A program made the translations under genes and the position numbers. The notes under the pieces were generated by a model, which was not told the DNA's origin, searched no databases, and saw only the letters and a list, made by a program, of their open reading frames with translations. 26,318 bases of DNA from a virus (lineage: Duplodnaviria; Caudoviricetes), in IMG/VR virus record IMGVR_UViG_3300042473_000065, positions 1 through 26,318 of that record; one strand, written 5' to 3'. Shown one piece after another: positions 16,359-26,176 of the stretch (positions are counted from its first letter, which is position 1; every line of letters starts with the position of its first letter).

Positions 16359-19300
16359 TGTTTGAAAATAAAGAATTGCAAACATTCTTAGAGACCTCAT
16401 CAACTGTAAGGAATAAGTCAATAATTACAGCAGAGTGGAATATGAATAGTCCCACAAACATAAAGCATATAGGAAACTATAGATACAGACCAACAGATGT
16501 TTCCTCAATCTATTCATCACTTCCAACAAGTTTTGATATTAATGACCCTGGAAACTTTTATACTGGTGCAACCGATGCAGATGTTTTGGTAGATGGAACA
16601 TTTGATAACGACAATATCCCAACAACATTTTTAACAAAGAAAGAAAAATTAAATACTCTCTATTCTTTAGAGGCCTGCTTTGAACAATTTAGACCAAGAT
16701 CTGGTATCAACAAAGCAGTATTTTTTGAGAATGGAAAATTGCATCACCCTAATCTTTTCATGGCGGATAGACCAAGATACTATATGCCTGATAAAAATGA
16801 TAAGTTTAAGTACTGGACATCCTACAGAACAGAGTCAGGACAAGAATATGGAATTGCATCAAAGGTGAGAGGGTCTCAAAACTCTATTGAAGATGCTTGC
16901 CCATTTGTTGTCTATAAAGAAAAAATTCCAACAAATAGACTTGTTATTAAAATGCAAACTCATACAGGAACAGAAAACCTAGGACCATTTTCTTCTTCAA
17001 CAGGATCAAAGCCAGATGCATTTTTTGGAGATTTAAACAAAAAGGTGCCAAGCAACTGGAAGATTCAATTTTTAAAGGATGGAAACTGGCAAGATGTAAT
17101 ATCTTTTAATCCGTCAATCACAAGACTTGATGGCTCACCAATTATTAAAAGCGATGGTTATGTTGAAATTGCTTACGGGCTTATAGTCCCAAGTGAGTGG
17201 AGGTCTAGATTTGTTCTTGCAGAAACTTATAGCAGTGCTAGTCTGCTACCAGAAAAGTCCGTAGTCGGATATGCTTATCTTATTAAGACAAACGAAAAAG
17301 ATATAGGCAGTTATCATATTTGGAACGGGACAGAGTATGAAATTATAACACCAAAGTACGGCTGGTATGTGCAAGACGAAACGGTAGACAGACTAACAAA
17401 CTTTGTAACAGATGCAACATCCCCAAGTGTATTTACAAGATCAGTAGATGGCAAAGAACAGTATAGAGAGTTTGAGTTCATTTCTGGGGTAAGAATTGTC
17501 GTAAGCGCCATGAATGTAAAAGACTCCACCTTTGACCTAATAGAAATTTCTCCAAGACTTGCTATGAACATTTCTGACAAAACATTAGACTACTCAGTTA
17601 ACAAGAGTGCATCAGATCTGGGTATAAGTGGTTTGCCAGTAGGCCAATTAATTGCTTCTAATGGAAACATAAATATATTTGATCATGATCAGGCATTTAA
17701 TGAAAACAATGCTTTTTCTTTTGAAACTGGGAAAGGAAGCATTATATCAAAATATATAAACAGACATGTTCAATTTAAATTTTATGAAGTCATCGTTGAT
17801 GTTGATGGCTGGGATTATTTTGTTCCAATAAAAACATTGTATTCTGATGCCTTTCCTAAGCAGGATTTTATGGGTAAGACTGTTTCTCTGACACTAAGAG
17901 ACATGTATTGGTACTTGGAGTCGACAACTGCTCCAGAAATATTAATGACACAAGTATCTGTTAGTTCTGCTGTATGTCTTTTATTAGACAGTATTGGGTT
18001 TTCTAACTACACATTTAAAAGAGTTGATGGAGAAAAAGAAATAGTAATCCCGTATTTCTTTGTTGCTCCAGATAAAAGCGTAGCAGAAGTTCTTCAAGAC
18101 TTGGCTGTATCTACACAAACTGCGATGTTCTTTGATGAGTACAATAATTTTGTAATGATGAGCAAAGATTATTTTATGCCAACAAAACAACAAAGAGCAA
18201 CAACATTTGAACTTAAAGGCACAAAAGATTTTGTTGTAGACAGAGAGATTAAAAATAAACATACTAATAGTAATAAGATAGCAAATGTTATTGAGGTTTC
18301 CTCACAGTCAAATAACGTATACAATGGTGGAACAATTAACTATACAGCAAGACACATACAAAGATCTGTTGGATCTATCAGACAGGCTAGTCTTTTAGAT
18401 GATGAAAGATTGTATGCTTATAAGCCTGCATTGCTTTGGGAAGTTGCTGGAACACAAAATACAAGATCAATTAACAACGAAGTAAATGATCAGTCTGCTT
18501 ATGTTCTTAGCGCAATACCATTAAACTCCAACTTAACAGTGGATGTACCAGAAGTAAAAAATGGTATCGTAATAAATAACACATTTAGTCTAGGAGAATC
18601 TGTATACTGGATCACAAGATATAATGGATACTTCTACTCTAGTGGAGAAATTATAAAGTATGACGCAGTTCAATTTAATGTCAGCGGTTATGGAAATGTT
18701 TGGATAACATCAATAGAAGAGTATCAAGACTATTTTTCTAAGTTGCCATTTAATGGAAAAATATATCCGACGGGACTTGTAAGAATTTACTCAGAGCCAA
18801 AATATTTTGAGCAACCTACTGGAGTTGTTAGCCTACAGAATGGACCAGTAGTAAAACATGGTCGAGGACAGTTTGGAACTACTGTGGTAGCACACTCTGC
18901 TGGCGTATCTGATTATTGGAAATCTGATGACAATGTTAGGGGCTGTTACATGTCAGCAGAATACTTATTTGCAAAAAAGACTCCTGTCCCAGCAACAACC
19001 TTAGATTCTGCAGGCAAAGTAACAGATACAGGAATATCTTCTGATGCTTTAGCAAGAACTTCTTCCAGGACGGGCCTAATCAAAAACTTTATGTCAACAG
19101 TTATGAGTGGAGAAATTACAACAGGAACACAACCACATCCAGGATCAATACAGTCTTCCGCTCTTTCTTTAACAGGGCCCAACTTCACAACAAAAGAAAA
19201 GCCAAGAAATTTTATATCTTATGTTTCTAAATCTTTTCCAGAAAAGAAATACAAACACTTTGGAACACGACTAAGAATTATTGGAAAAATAGAAGTAGGA

Positions 19301-20674
19301 AAAGGCTCAGGTCAAACTGCAAACGGATCCAGTAACTATTTTGTTGTGAATGGTTCTACACCAGATAAGGATGTAAGTGTATCTGGAGGTTCTGCTGGAC
19401 TAGCAGTAATGTTAAACACATCTACAAATGTGGGATACTATTTTGAAATAGCAGCACTTGGCTTAGAAAAATTATCGTCAGATGACTTGCTGTCAGTAAG
19501 TAACGTATTTTTTTATAAGATAAAATCAAATGGTGGTGAGGCTGTACCAGTTACTCTGTATGATGGACTTGCGAATATTCTTGTAGATGATGGAAGATTC
19601 ACTGGACAGTCTAGAATGTTTGCAGAAGAAAATCCAACAGTATACGATTTAGCAGTTGAATATGAAGATATAGGAAAAGTCCGTAGGTTTTATTTATATA
19701 TAAATGGAAAAATGATAAAGACTGTTGATGATCCAGATCCACTTCCAGCATATTCCAATATTGCATTATTTACAAGGGGATCTGCCAGAGCAATGTTTGA
19801 AAATGTTTATGCATTGTCTGGCAACTATTCTCAGAATACAACATTTTCTACAGGTGCCCCAGCAAATTCAGTTTTTGGAAGCAGCGAAATAACTGCAGGA
19901 GAATCATTTAGAAAATATGCAATGAGCGGTTTAGTACAAAGTACATATCTTTCTGGAATAGGTTCTTCAGAGCCTCCAAAATATAACATCTATTTTGAAG
20001 AGTTTGGTAGTATTATGAGGGAGGCAGCATCATTTAATTTTAAATATGATAAAGCATATCCAGCCTTAACTGCAAAGATTTCCCCAACATTTAATAATAT
20101 AAAAGGATATGTTGTGTCTGGATTTAAAGCAGGATCTTACGGAGCAGAGTTTTTAATATTTAACGCAACAGACACACAACTTAACTTAGACGAAACAAGT
20201 GGAAACTATTTAAGAATTCAGGGCATTACTTTTACACAACAGTCTAGCAACAAACTAACAGTTGATGATTATTTTAATAAAAATAGTCTTGAATCAAATC
20301 CACAGTTTGTGTCAGATAAACTAATTTCTAATCCTTTTAAATTTAAACAAGACTATCAAGATATTAAACTTAGCAGAATGACATACGGGAAAAAAGATTT
20401 TTCTATAGACACTCAGTACATTCAGTCACAAGACGAAGCAACAGGTCTTATGAGGTGGATAGTTGAAAAAACATCAAAGCCTAGAAAGTCTTTAGGAGTT
20501 AAAATATTTTCAATTCCAACTATTCAACTTGGAGACATAGTTACTTTAGACTATGTAGAAAATGATATAAGCATGGCCTCAAATCCACAAAATAGATTTG
20601 TAGTATACAACATTGATTTTTCAAGAAGTTCAAACGGACCAGATATGACATTGTTTTTAAGTGAGGTAATATAA
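16358..20674 (+). CDS. Large tail tip/baseplate hub (Tal-like) minor tail protein
   Basis: The likely start is GTG 16358, overlapping the upstream TAG (TAGTG), giving 1438 aa. Hub-like motifs 'SVAEVLQDLAVSTQTAMFFDEYNNFV' and C-terminal 'IQS...A......PTIQLGDIVTL'. Confidence 0.75.
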   Translation: MFENKELQTFLETSSTVRNKSIITAEWNMNSPTNIKHIGNYRYRPTDVSSIYSSLPTSFDINDPGNFYTGATDADVLVDGTFDNDNIPTTFLTKKEKLNTLYSLEACFEQFRPRSGINKAVFFENGKLHHPNLFMADRPRYYMPDKNDKFKYWTSYRTESGQEYGIASKVRGSQNSIEDACPFVVYKEKIPTNRLVIKMQTHTGTENLGPFSSSTGSKPDAFFGDLNKKVPSNWKIQFLKDGNWQDVISFNPSITRLDGSPIIKSDGYVEIAYGLIVPSEWRSRFVLAETYSSASLLPEKSVVGYAYLIKTNEKDIGSYHIWNGTEYEIITPKYGWYVQDETVDRLTNFVTDATSPSVFTRSVDGKEQYREFEFISGVRIVVSAMNVKDSTFDLIEISPRLAMNISDKTLDYSVNKSASDLGISGLPVGQLIASNGNINIFDHDQAFNENNAFSFETGKGSIISKYINRHVQFKFYEVIVDVDGWDYFVPIKTLYSDAFPKQDFMGKTVSLTLRDMYWYLESTTAPEILMTQVSVSSAVCLLLDSIGFSNYTFKRVDGEKEIVIPYFFVAPDKSVAEVLQDLAVSTQTAMFFDEYNNFVMMSKDYFMPTKQQRATTFELKGTKDFVVDREIKNKHTNSNKIANVIEVSSQSNNVYNGGTINYTARHIQRSVGSIRQASLLDDERLYAYKPALLWEVAGTQNTRSINNEVNDQSAYVLSAIPLNSNLTVDVPEVKNGIVINNTFSLGESVYWITRYNGYFYSSGEIIKYDAVQFNVSGYGNVWITSIEEYQDYFSKLPFNGKIYPTGLVRIYSEPKYFEQPTGVVSLQNGPVVKHGRGQFGTTVVAHSAGVSDYWKSDDNVRGCYMSAEYLFAKKTPVPATTLDSAGKVTDTGISSDALARTSSRTGLIKNFMSTVMSGEITTGTQPHPGSIQSSALSLTGPNFTTKEKPRNFISYVSKSFPEKKYKHFGTRLRIIGKIEVGKGSGQTANGSSNYFVVNGSTPDKDVSVSGGSAGLAVMLNTSTNVGYYFEIAALGLEKLSSDDLLSVSNVFFYKIKSNGGEAVPVTLYDGLANILVDDGRFTGQSRMFAEENPTVYDLAVEYEDIGKVRRFYLYINGKMIKTVDDPDPLPAYSNIALFTRGSARAMFENVYALSGNYSQNTTFSTGAPANSVFGSSEITAGESFRKYAMSGLVQSTYLSGIGSSEPPKYNIYFEEFGSIMREAASFNFKYDKAYPALTAKISPTFNNIKGYVVSGFKAGSYGAEFLIFNATDTQLNLDETSGNYLRIQGITFTQQSSNKLTVDDYFNKNSLESNPQFVSDKLISNPFKFKQDYQDIKLSRMTYGKKDFSIDTQYIQSQDEATGLMRWIVEKTSKPRKSLGVKIFSIPTIQLGDIVTLDYVENDISMASNPQNRFVVYNIDFSRSSNGPDMTLFLSEVI

Positions 20675-21252
20675 TGACAGACAAAATTAACACAGGCTCT
20701 TCTACTGACTCAGCAGCAGCACTACCAGATTCTAAAATAAAAATAGATAGCACTTCAGTAAAAATTGCAACTCCAGATTTACTTATTTTTGGAGACGAAC
20801 TTTTGGCCTATGAAACAATGACAGATTTAATATTTGAAGATATCGGTGGTTATGAACTGGCGACAATATCAAGACATGACTTGGTAAATGGACAAAAAGT
20901 TAACTATTCTCCAATTAAAAATCTAACAGATCTATATTTACAATACAATCCAAACAACATTATAAGTCTTCAGTCGTCTGATTCTTATTTTAAATCTTTG
21001 TCTTTTTCTATTTTTGACAGGCTTCCTGAGTGCGGTACTGGGTATGACATAAGCCCTCCTGTTAACAATTTAAACGAAACAGATAAAACCAAGTGGACAA
21101 AAACACCAAACTGCAAGGCAGTATACATTGATCCAATAACGGGTGACTTGATTATTAATCTAATTAACATCAGTAGGGATGAGCAGTTAGAGGTTCAGAT
21201 ATTGAATAGTGGAGATGTTTTTAGTGATACAATACATAATGGAGGAAATTAA
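20674..21252 (+). CDS. Putative minor tail protein
   Basis: TAATG coupling at both ends, SD GAGGT, within the tail operon. Confidence 0.55.
   Translation: MTDKINTGSSTDSAAALPDSKIKIDSTSVKIATPDLLIFGDELLAYETMTDLIFEDIGGYELATISRHDLVNGQKVNYSPIKNLTDLYLQYNPNNIISLQSSDSYFKSLSFSIFDRLPECGTGYDISPPVNNLNETDKTKWTKTPNCKAVYIDPITGDLIINLINISRDEQLEVQILNSGDVFSDTIHNGGN
21225..21233 (+). promoter_or_regulatory. Extended -10 promoter TGATACAAT inside the 3' end of the upstream gene
   Basis: TGnTACAAT followed by SD GGAGG (21241-21245) and ATG 21252. Same layout as at 859 and 5359. Confidence 0.5.
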
Positions 21253-22433
21253 TGATAACTAATATAGGCAAAAATCTTTTAGCCAAGTATCTTGTTGGGC
21301 AGACCCAATCATATGCCTCCCACATTGCTGTGGGCTGTGGGGCATCACCGCTGGCTTCTGACGGCAACTTTGGAGACTATAGCCTAAAGAACTCTTTAGA
21401 TTTTGAGATGTTCCGTGTGCCTATTATTTCCAGAGGCTTCGTAAAAGAAAACGGTATAGATAAGGTAGTCCTAACAGCAGAATTACCAACAGAAGAAAGA
21501 TATGAAATAACAGAGATTGGAATTTTTTCTGCTGCATCAAACCCAGTTGCTGGATCTTTTGATAGCAGAAGTGTTTATTCTTTTACAGACACAGACAACT
21601 GGCTATACCAGCCTTTTGGGTCTCCTGCTATCGCAATACCCCCAAAGCCTGGTCCGTTAGACGAAGTGGATGATAATGGAATTATTAACGTATTTGTTCC
21701 AGGAACCAGCCAAAGATACAATGTTTTTACAACTAATGCAGACAATAGAATTTTTACAAATCCAATCAGAGTAGCAAGAAATGAAAGATGTAGGTTTTTA
21801 AATAATATAATTGTTATGGTTGGAAACGATTCTACACTCACAAGAAATGTTTCAGGAAAATTAGACATAGGTCTTGGATCAAAATATATTAGGCTTAACG
21901 AAACAACTGTAGATTTTACAAAAAATAGCCCACTTGATGAACTAAGACTGGCATTTTCTGTTATAAATAAAGTTCCTGGAACAGATCTAGTTCCTGCAAG
22001 TGTTCCAGACAATGTTAAGATTATCTTAGAATTTTCTTACACAGGGTCAGACACTCCCCAAGAGTATGCTAGATTTGAGGTAGACATCGATGACCTTGGC
22101 TATACTGCTGGAACTTCATTAGACGAAAGAGATCTTTCAACAAACAGGTATTTAATTGTAAAGAAAGCATTAAAAGATTTAAACAAGACGGACAACTTTG
22201 ACTGGAGAGAAGTCACTGTAGCAAAAATATATTCCTGTGTAAGTGAGGCAGGAGTTCCATCAGATCAGTTCTATGTTTGTTTGGATGGATTAAGATTAGA
22301 AAACATCACATCTACAAACTCTTTGTATGGGCTTACAGGATATTCTGTAATAAGAACAGTTGGGTCAAAGCCAATCGTAAAAGCACCAAACACAACAAAC
22401 TACATTGAATTTAGATTCTCTTTGGGGGTTTAG
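21252..22433 (+). CDS. Putative baseplate/tail-fibre attachment minor tail protein
   Basis: N-terminal 'MITNIGKNLLAKYL...SHIAVGCG...EITEIGIFS' resembles tail collar/fibre-attachment N-domains. Strong SD. Confidence 0.6.
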   Translation: MITNIGKNLLAKYLVGQTQSYASHIAVGCGASPLASDGNFGDYSLKNSLDFEMFRVPIISRGFVKENGIDKVVLTAELPTEERYEITEIGIFSAASNPVAGSFDSRSVYSFTDTDNWLYQPFGSPAIAIPPKPGPLDEVDDNGIINVFVPGTSQRYNVFTTNADNRIFTNPIRVARNERCRFLNNIIVMVGNDSTLTRNVSGKLDIGLGSKYIRLNETTVDFTKNSPLDELRLAFSVINKVPGTDLVPASVPDNVKIILEFSYTGSDTPQEYARFEVDIDDLGYTAGTSLDERDLSTNRYLIVKKALKDLNKTDNFDWREVTVAKIYSCVSEAGVPSDQFYVCLDGLRLENITSTNSLYGLTGYSVIRTVGSKPIVKAPNTTNYIEFRFSLGV

Positions 22434-22435
22434 CC

Positions 22436-22891
22436 GTGGCAGATAAAGGAATTAAAAATGTTGTTATCAAAAAAGAATCTCTTGGAAAAGTAACTTCTTC
22501 AAATTCTAGAGTTGTTAGATTTAGAATTGTATCAGAAGATAAAAATAGAAAGTCTGCTTACTCAAAAATATTTATTACTGGATCTGATGTTGTAGTCACT
22601 GGGCCAGGGGACATAAATAAGGTTGGCAATACTATCTTGGTAAATTGGACAACTGGCCAGGCATCAATAGCAATAGTATATGATATCTTTGTGGGCTTTG
22701 ATGGAGCAGTTCCAACATATAAAGATTCAACTGGGTCAAATAGTTATTCTTTTTTAAAAAATGGAACACAGTCTGTTAGGGTGGTTGTTCAGATATCTTC
22801 GACAAATCCAAAACTTGAAGATGTATATGATGAGAACAATGTAAGAACAAACCACTTAGAAGTCTATTCGGGAACCCTGAGTCTGGTATAA
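22436..22891 (+). CDS. Hypothetical minor tail protein (beta-rich, possibly Ig/FN3-like)
   Basis: GTG start 2 nt after the upstream stop. Beta-strand pattern 'ILVNW....YDIFVGFDG'. Confidence 0.5.
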   Translation: MADKGIKNVVIKKESLGKVTSSNSRVVRFRIVSEDKNRKSAYSKIFITGSDVVVTGPGDINKVGNTILVNWTTGQASIAIVYDIFVGFDGAVPTYKDSTGSNSYSFLKNGTQSVRVVVQISSTNPKLEDVYDENNVRTNHLEVYSGTLSLV

Positions 22892-22892
22892 T
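22884..22892 (+). promoter_or_regulatory. Extended -10 promoter TGGTATAAT, leaderless configuration
   Basis: Perfect TGnTATAAT overlapping the upstream stop and ending 6 nt before ATG 22899, with no SD. Confidence 0.65.
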
Positions 22893-22898
22893 TAGATT

Positions 22899-23351
22899 AT
22901 GGCAATATTACCTGTTCCAGAGCGTGGACAACCTTTAGATGTAACCTATATATATGAGATTGTTAAATCTGTTAATGATTTATACAATCAGTTAGGCAGC
23001 GAGTCTAGGAAAGGTTATGTTGGGGTGTACACCAAAGGACCAGAAGGTCCACAAGCAATGAAAACTTCTGAGGCCCAAATTGAAGCGGCTTTTACAACAG
23101 TAACACCATCATCACTTCAACCAGCAGGAACTTCTCTTTCCTGGTCTCACGACTTTAAAAAACAGTTTGCATATCCTCCAATTGTAACAGCCACACCATA
23201 TAATAAAGACATCACAGATTCAGGGAAAGGTGTAACAGTTACAATTAATAGTATAACAACGTCAAAAGTTGAAGGATTTGTTAGGTTTAATGTTGGGGGA
23301 GAGACTCCAGTAGGAATTAATATCATAGCGGTTGGAAAACCTACCTCGTGA
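22899..23351 (+). CDS. Small tail-fibre-like protein with H-type-lectin/gp53-like C-terminal domain
   Basis: C-terminal pattern 'F...FAYPPIV.ATP.....VTINSITTS......INIIAVG' is typical of this beta-sandwich family. Confidence 0.55.
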   Translation: MAILPVPERGQPLDVTYIYEIVKSVNDLYNQLGSESRKGYVGVYTKGPEGPQAMKTSEAQIEAAFTTVTPSSLQPAGTSLSWSHDFKKQFAYPPIVTATPYNKDITDSGKGVTVTINSITTSKVEGFVRFNVGGETPVGINIIAVGKPTS

Positions 23352-23539
23352 TCAAATGTATAAAATGTAATGGAAGAATGTTTATAGATAGACAGTATAC
23401 AGAAATAAATAACTTAGAACTATATTGCATTCTTTGTGGGTCAAGAAAATTTTTTCATCCACCAAGCAATTCTCAGGAGGGCCGATGGCTACTAAAAAAG
23501 GAACAATTGAGAGCGAAAAATACAATGAGTCACCTGTAA
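23348..23539 (+). CDS. Small zinc-ribbon protein
   Basis: GTGA coupling. CxxC (CIKC) and CxxC (CILC) motifs. Confidence 0.7.
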   Translation: MIKCIKCNGRMFIDRQYTEINNLELYCILCGSRKFFHPPSNSQEGRWLLKKEQLRAKNTMSHL

Positions 23540-24027
23540 TACCAGGTAACAAAAAGGTTTGGTTTCTTAACGGGGAACTTGTAAGGGTTCATCATTTAAA
23601 CAGATCTAATGGAATAATGTCTGTTTATAATATTACAAAGGATCAAATAGAGAGTTGTCTAATTGGTGACTTTAAAAATAAAAGAGAGAGAGCCTATACA
23701 GTAGGTCAGACTGCTGATTTAGTTAATCGTCATAAAAAATATATGCCAGACCTTATGAAGCGTGGAGTAATTCCTTTTCCGACAGGATCTCAAAAGGGCG
23801 GGGCAAGAGGATTTCAGGTAAGGTCATATTATTCAGAATCACAGGTAAGAGAGATTCGTGATATACTTGCTTCACACCATATTGGCAGACCAAGAAAAGA
23901 TAAGTTAATTACTAATGATATTACGCCTAGCAAGCAAGAGTTGACACGCAGAATGGGCGATGGTATACTTACTTATAGAAGAACTGAAGATGGACGATTT
24001 GTTCCAATTTGGAATGAATCTATTTAA
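23485..24027 (+). CDS. DNA-binding protein with a MerR/excisionase-like winged HTH
   Basis: SD CAGGAGG favours ATG 23485 (180 aa). 'YTVGQTADLVNRHKKYMPDLMKRGVIP.P...RSYYSESQV..I' fits a MerR-like HTH plus wing. Confidence 0.7.
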   Translation: MATKKGTIESEKYNESPVIPGNKKVWFLNGELVRVHHLNRSNGIMSVYNITKDQIESCLIGDFKNKRERAYTVGQTADLVNRHKKYMPDLMKRGVIPFPTGSQKGGARGFQVRSYYSESQVREIRDILASHHIGRPRKDKLITNDITPSKQELTRRMGDGILTYRRTEDGRFVPIWNESI

Positions 24028-24040
24028 CGAAGGGTATAAA

Positions 24041-24271
24041 ATGTTAGACAGCAATTATGTAGTAACGAATGAACCAACAAAGGTATCTGTAACACTTGGA
24101 TACACACTGAACCTAGGAAACTTTCAATCGCTAAGGCTCGATCTTGGAGTTGTAGACTCTAAGCGTGATGGAGAAAATACTGATCAGGCTTTTGATCGTG
24201 TCTACAAGTTTGTTGAAGACAAACTTACAGAAAAGATTAAAGAAGCACAAGAAGAGGCTGCCGAAGCATAA
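24041..24271 (+). CDS. Hypothetical phage protein (76 aa)
   Basis: ATG 24041 after GAAGGG avoids overlap with the HTH gene. Motif 'KVSVTLGYTLNLGNFQSLRLDLG' followed by an acidic helix. Confidence 0.7.
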   Translation: MLDSNYVVTNEPTKVSVTLGYTLNLGNFQSLRLDLGVVDSKRDGENTDQAFDRVYKFVEDKLTEKIKEAQEEAAEA

Positions 24272-24579
24272 TGGCCGAACGCAAAGACCGAATGGCTTTG
24301 CTTTCAAGATACAGCAAGTATCATACCGCAAGGTACGAATCAAAGCCATCTCTTAACCTAAACGTAGAGCAGTGGGCTTCAGATGCCCTTGTAGAATCAT
24401 ACACTCTACAAGGATGCTACGATATACTTGAGTATTACTTTTCAGTTGCAGAGAATCCTTCTTGGAATCATTTTGCATATAACGCAGAAAAAATATTACA
24501 GGCACAAAAAGATAAGATAAAAGATAATAGCGAAAGAGCAGAGCGCAGACAAATGGCAAAGGAGTGGTTGAGTGAATAA
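24271..24579 (+). CDS. Hypothetical helical protein coupled to the helicase gene
   Basis: TAATG coupling upstream and an 8-nt overlap with the helicase gene. Confidence 0.7.
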   Translation: MAERKDRMALLSRYSKYHTARYESKPSLNLNVEQWASDALVESYTLQGCYDILEYYFSVAENPSWNHFAYNAEKILQAQKDKIKDNSERAERRQMAKEWLSE

Positions 24580-25798
24580 TACAGAGGCAAAACTACTTAC
24601 GGCTGTTTTAAAAGATAAACAAATACATGTTCTTCTTCAAGCCAATGTTGATAACCTTCTTAGAACACACGGCGACATCTGGAACTTTGTTAGACTGTAT
24701 TTTGAAAACAACTCAGTTCTTCCCCCAGCAGAATTAGTTACTGAAAAATTTAGAGACTTTGAGCCAGTATCAGGCGTAGGAGCGACAAAGCATCATCTTG
24801 AAGAGTTGCAGGGTGAGTACCTAACAGATAGCCTAAAGGATATCATTAGGTCTGCAGCATCTGAGATCCAGAATAATAATGGCACTGGCGCACTTAATGA
24901 ATTAATTACAAAGACTTCGGAACTAAAAAAGAATACTGCTGCAATTAGAGATATTGATGTTACGGATCTTGAGTCTGCAGTTGCCTACTTTGAAAATCTT
25001 AAGAAGCAGCAACTACTTGGGCATGTTGGAATCAAAACTGGCCTTCCAGGATTTGACAATTACCTTCCTTCAGGAATCATGCCAGGGCAGTTAGGAGTCT
25101 TCCTTGCATACCCAGGTATCGGAAAGTCCTGGTTGGCTCTCTACTTCGCTGTACAGGCCTGGAAGCAGGGTCGTAGCCCACTAGTCATCAGTCTTGAAAT
25201 GAGTGAAACAGAAGTCCGTAACCGTGTATTTACAATCATGGGTGAAGGTCGATGGTCTCATAGAAAGTTAAGTAATGGTGAGGTTGAAATGGACATGCTG
25301 AAAGAATGGCATGAAAAAAATCTTCAAGGAAAACCAGAGTTTCACATCATCTCAAACGATCAGGGTGGAGAAATCAATCCGTCTGTTCTTCGTGGAAAGA
25401 TTGACCAGTACAAGCCAGACTTTGTGATCGTTGACTACCTTCAGTTAATGGCTCCTAATCAGAAGTCAGATAATGAAACGGTACGAATGAAGAACCTTTC
25501 AAGAGAACTTAAACTAATGGCTATCGGTGAAGAAGTACCTATTATTGCTATCTCTTCTGCTACCCCAGATGATGTCAACGACCTTTCCACAGTCCCTACT
25601 CTAGGGCAGACAGCATGGTCTAGACAGATTGCTTATGATGCGGACTGGGTTCTTGCTTTGGGTCGTGCAACCAATAGCGATATTATTGAGTGCGCCTTTA
25701 GAAAGAATCGTAACGGATTCATGGGAGACTTCCTAGTCCAATGTGATTTTGACAAGGGATACTACAGGTACAAAGACTATGAAGATAAGCAGTTATAA
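24572..25798 (+). CDS. dnaB: DnaB-like (SF4) replicative DNA helicase
   Basis: Walker A AYPGIGKS, 'ISLEMS' (H1a), Walker B 'VIVDYLQLM', 'SRELKLMA', 'QIAYDADWV' and 'KNRNG'. Confidence 0.95.
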   Translation: MNNTEAKLLTAVLKDKQIHVLLQANVDNLLRTHGDIWNFVRLYFENNSVLPPAELVTEKFRDFEPVSGVGATKHHLEELQGEYLTDSLKDIIRSAASEIQNNNGTGALNELITKTSELKKNTAAIRDIDVTDLESAVAYFENLKKQQLLGHVGIKTGLPGFDNYLPSGIMPGQLGVFLAYPGIGKSWLALYFAVQAWKQGRSPLVISLEMSETEVRNRVFTIMGEGRWSHRKLSNGEVEMDMLKEWHEKNLQGKPEFHIISNDQGGEINPSVLRGKIDQYKPDFVIVDYLQLMAPNQKSDNETVRMKNLSRELKLMAIGEEVPIIAISSATPDDVNDLSTVPTLGQTAWSRQIAYDADWVLALGRATNSDIIECAFRKNRNGFMGDFLVQCDFDKGYYRYKDYEDKQL

Positions 25799-25799
25799 T
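25791..25799 (+). promoter_or_regulatory. -10 element (AGTTATAAT), leaderless configuration
   Basis: TATAAT at 25794-25799 overlaps the helicase stop and ends 5 nt before ATG 25805. No SD. Confidence 0.5.
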
Positions 25800-25804
25800 A
25801 TGGT

Positions 25805-26176
25805 ATGTCACAAACTAGGGAGAACATACCTCCAGATTTCTATCATCATAAGCCACTTAAAAGGTTTTATATCAGTGGCATAATCCAAGACGAGGCTTTG
25901 CTTGGAAGATTAAAAATAGAATACGTAAGATTATTAGTTTCAGAGATGAGGTTGAGTGGGTATGTTCCAAGAATTGACATTGACCCAGACTTCACTTTAC
26001 GGTATAATGATAGTAAAGACTTTTTTGAATTTGAATTATCAGTACACGGAGTTTACGCAGGGAAAAGGAAAAGCGAATGGATAGCAGGAATAGACGGAAC
26101 CAGCCTAGTCCCTATACAGACGAGCAAGTTAAAAGAGTCCTTGCAGGATCAGGCACAACAGTCGAGTCAGAACTAG
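25805..26176 (+). CDS. Hypothetical protein between helicase and primase
   Basis: 123-aa ORF filling the gap. Its last 100 nt overlap the primase frame. Confidence 0.7.
   Translation: MSQTRENIPPDFYHHKPLKRFYISGIIQDEALLGRLKIEYVRLLVSEMRLSGYVPRIDIDPDFTLRYNDSKDFFEFELSVHGVYAGKRKSEWIAGIDGTSLVPIQTSKLKESLQDQAQQSSQN

Noticed and set aside
162-24559. Numerous minus-strand and alternate-frame ORFs of 60-177 aa in the track
   Set aside because: All lie within or across well-supported + strand genes and have the composition of antisense or shifted-frame shadows. None has a recognisable motif.
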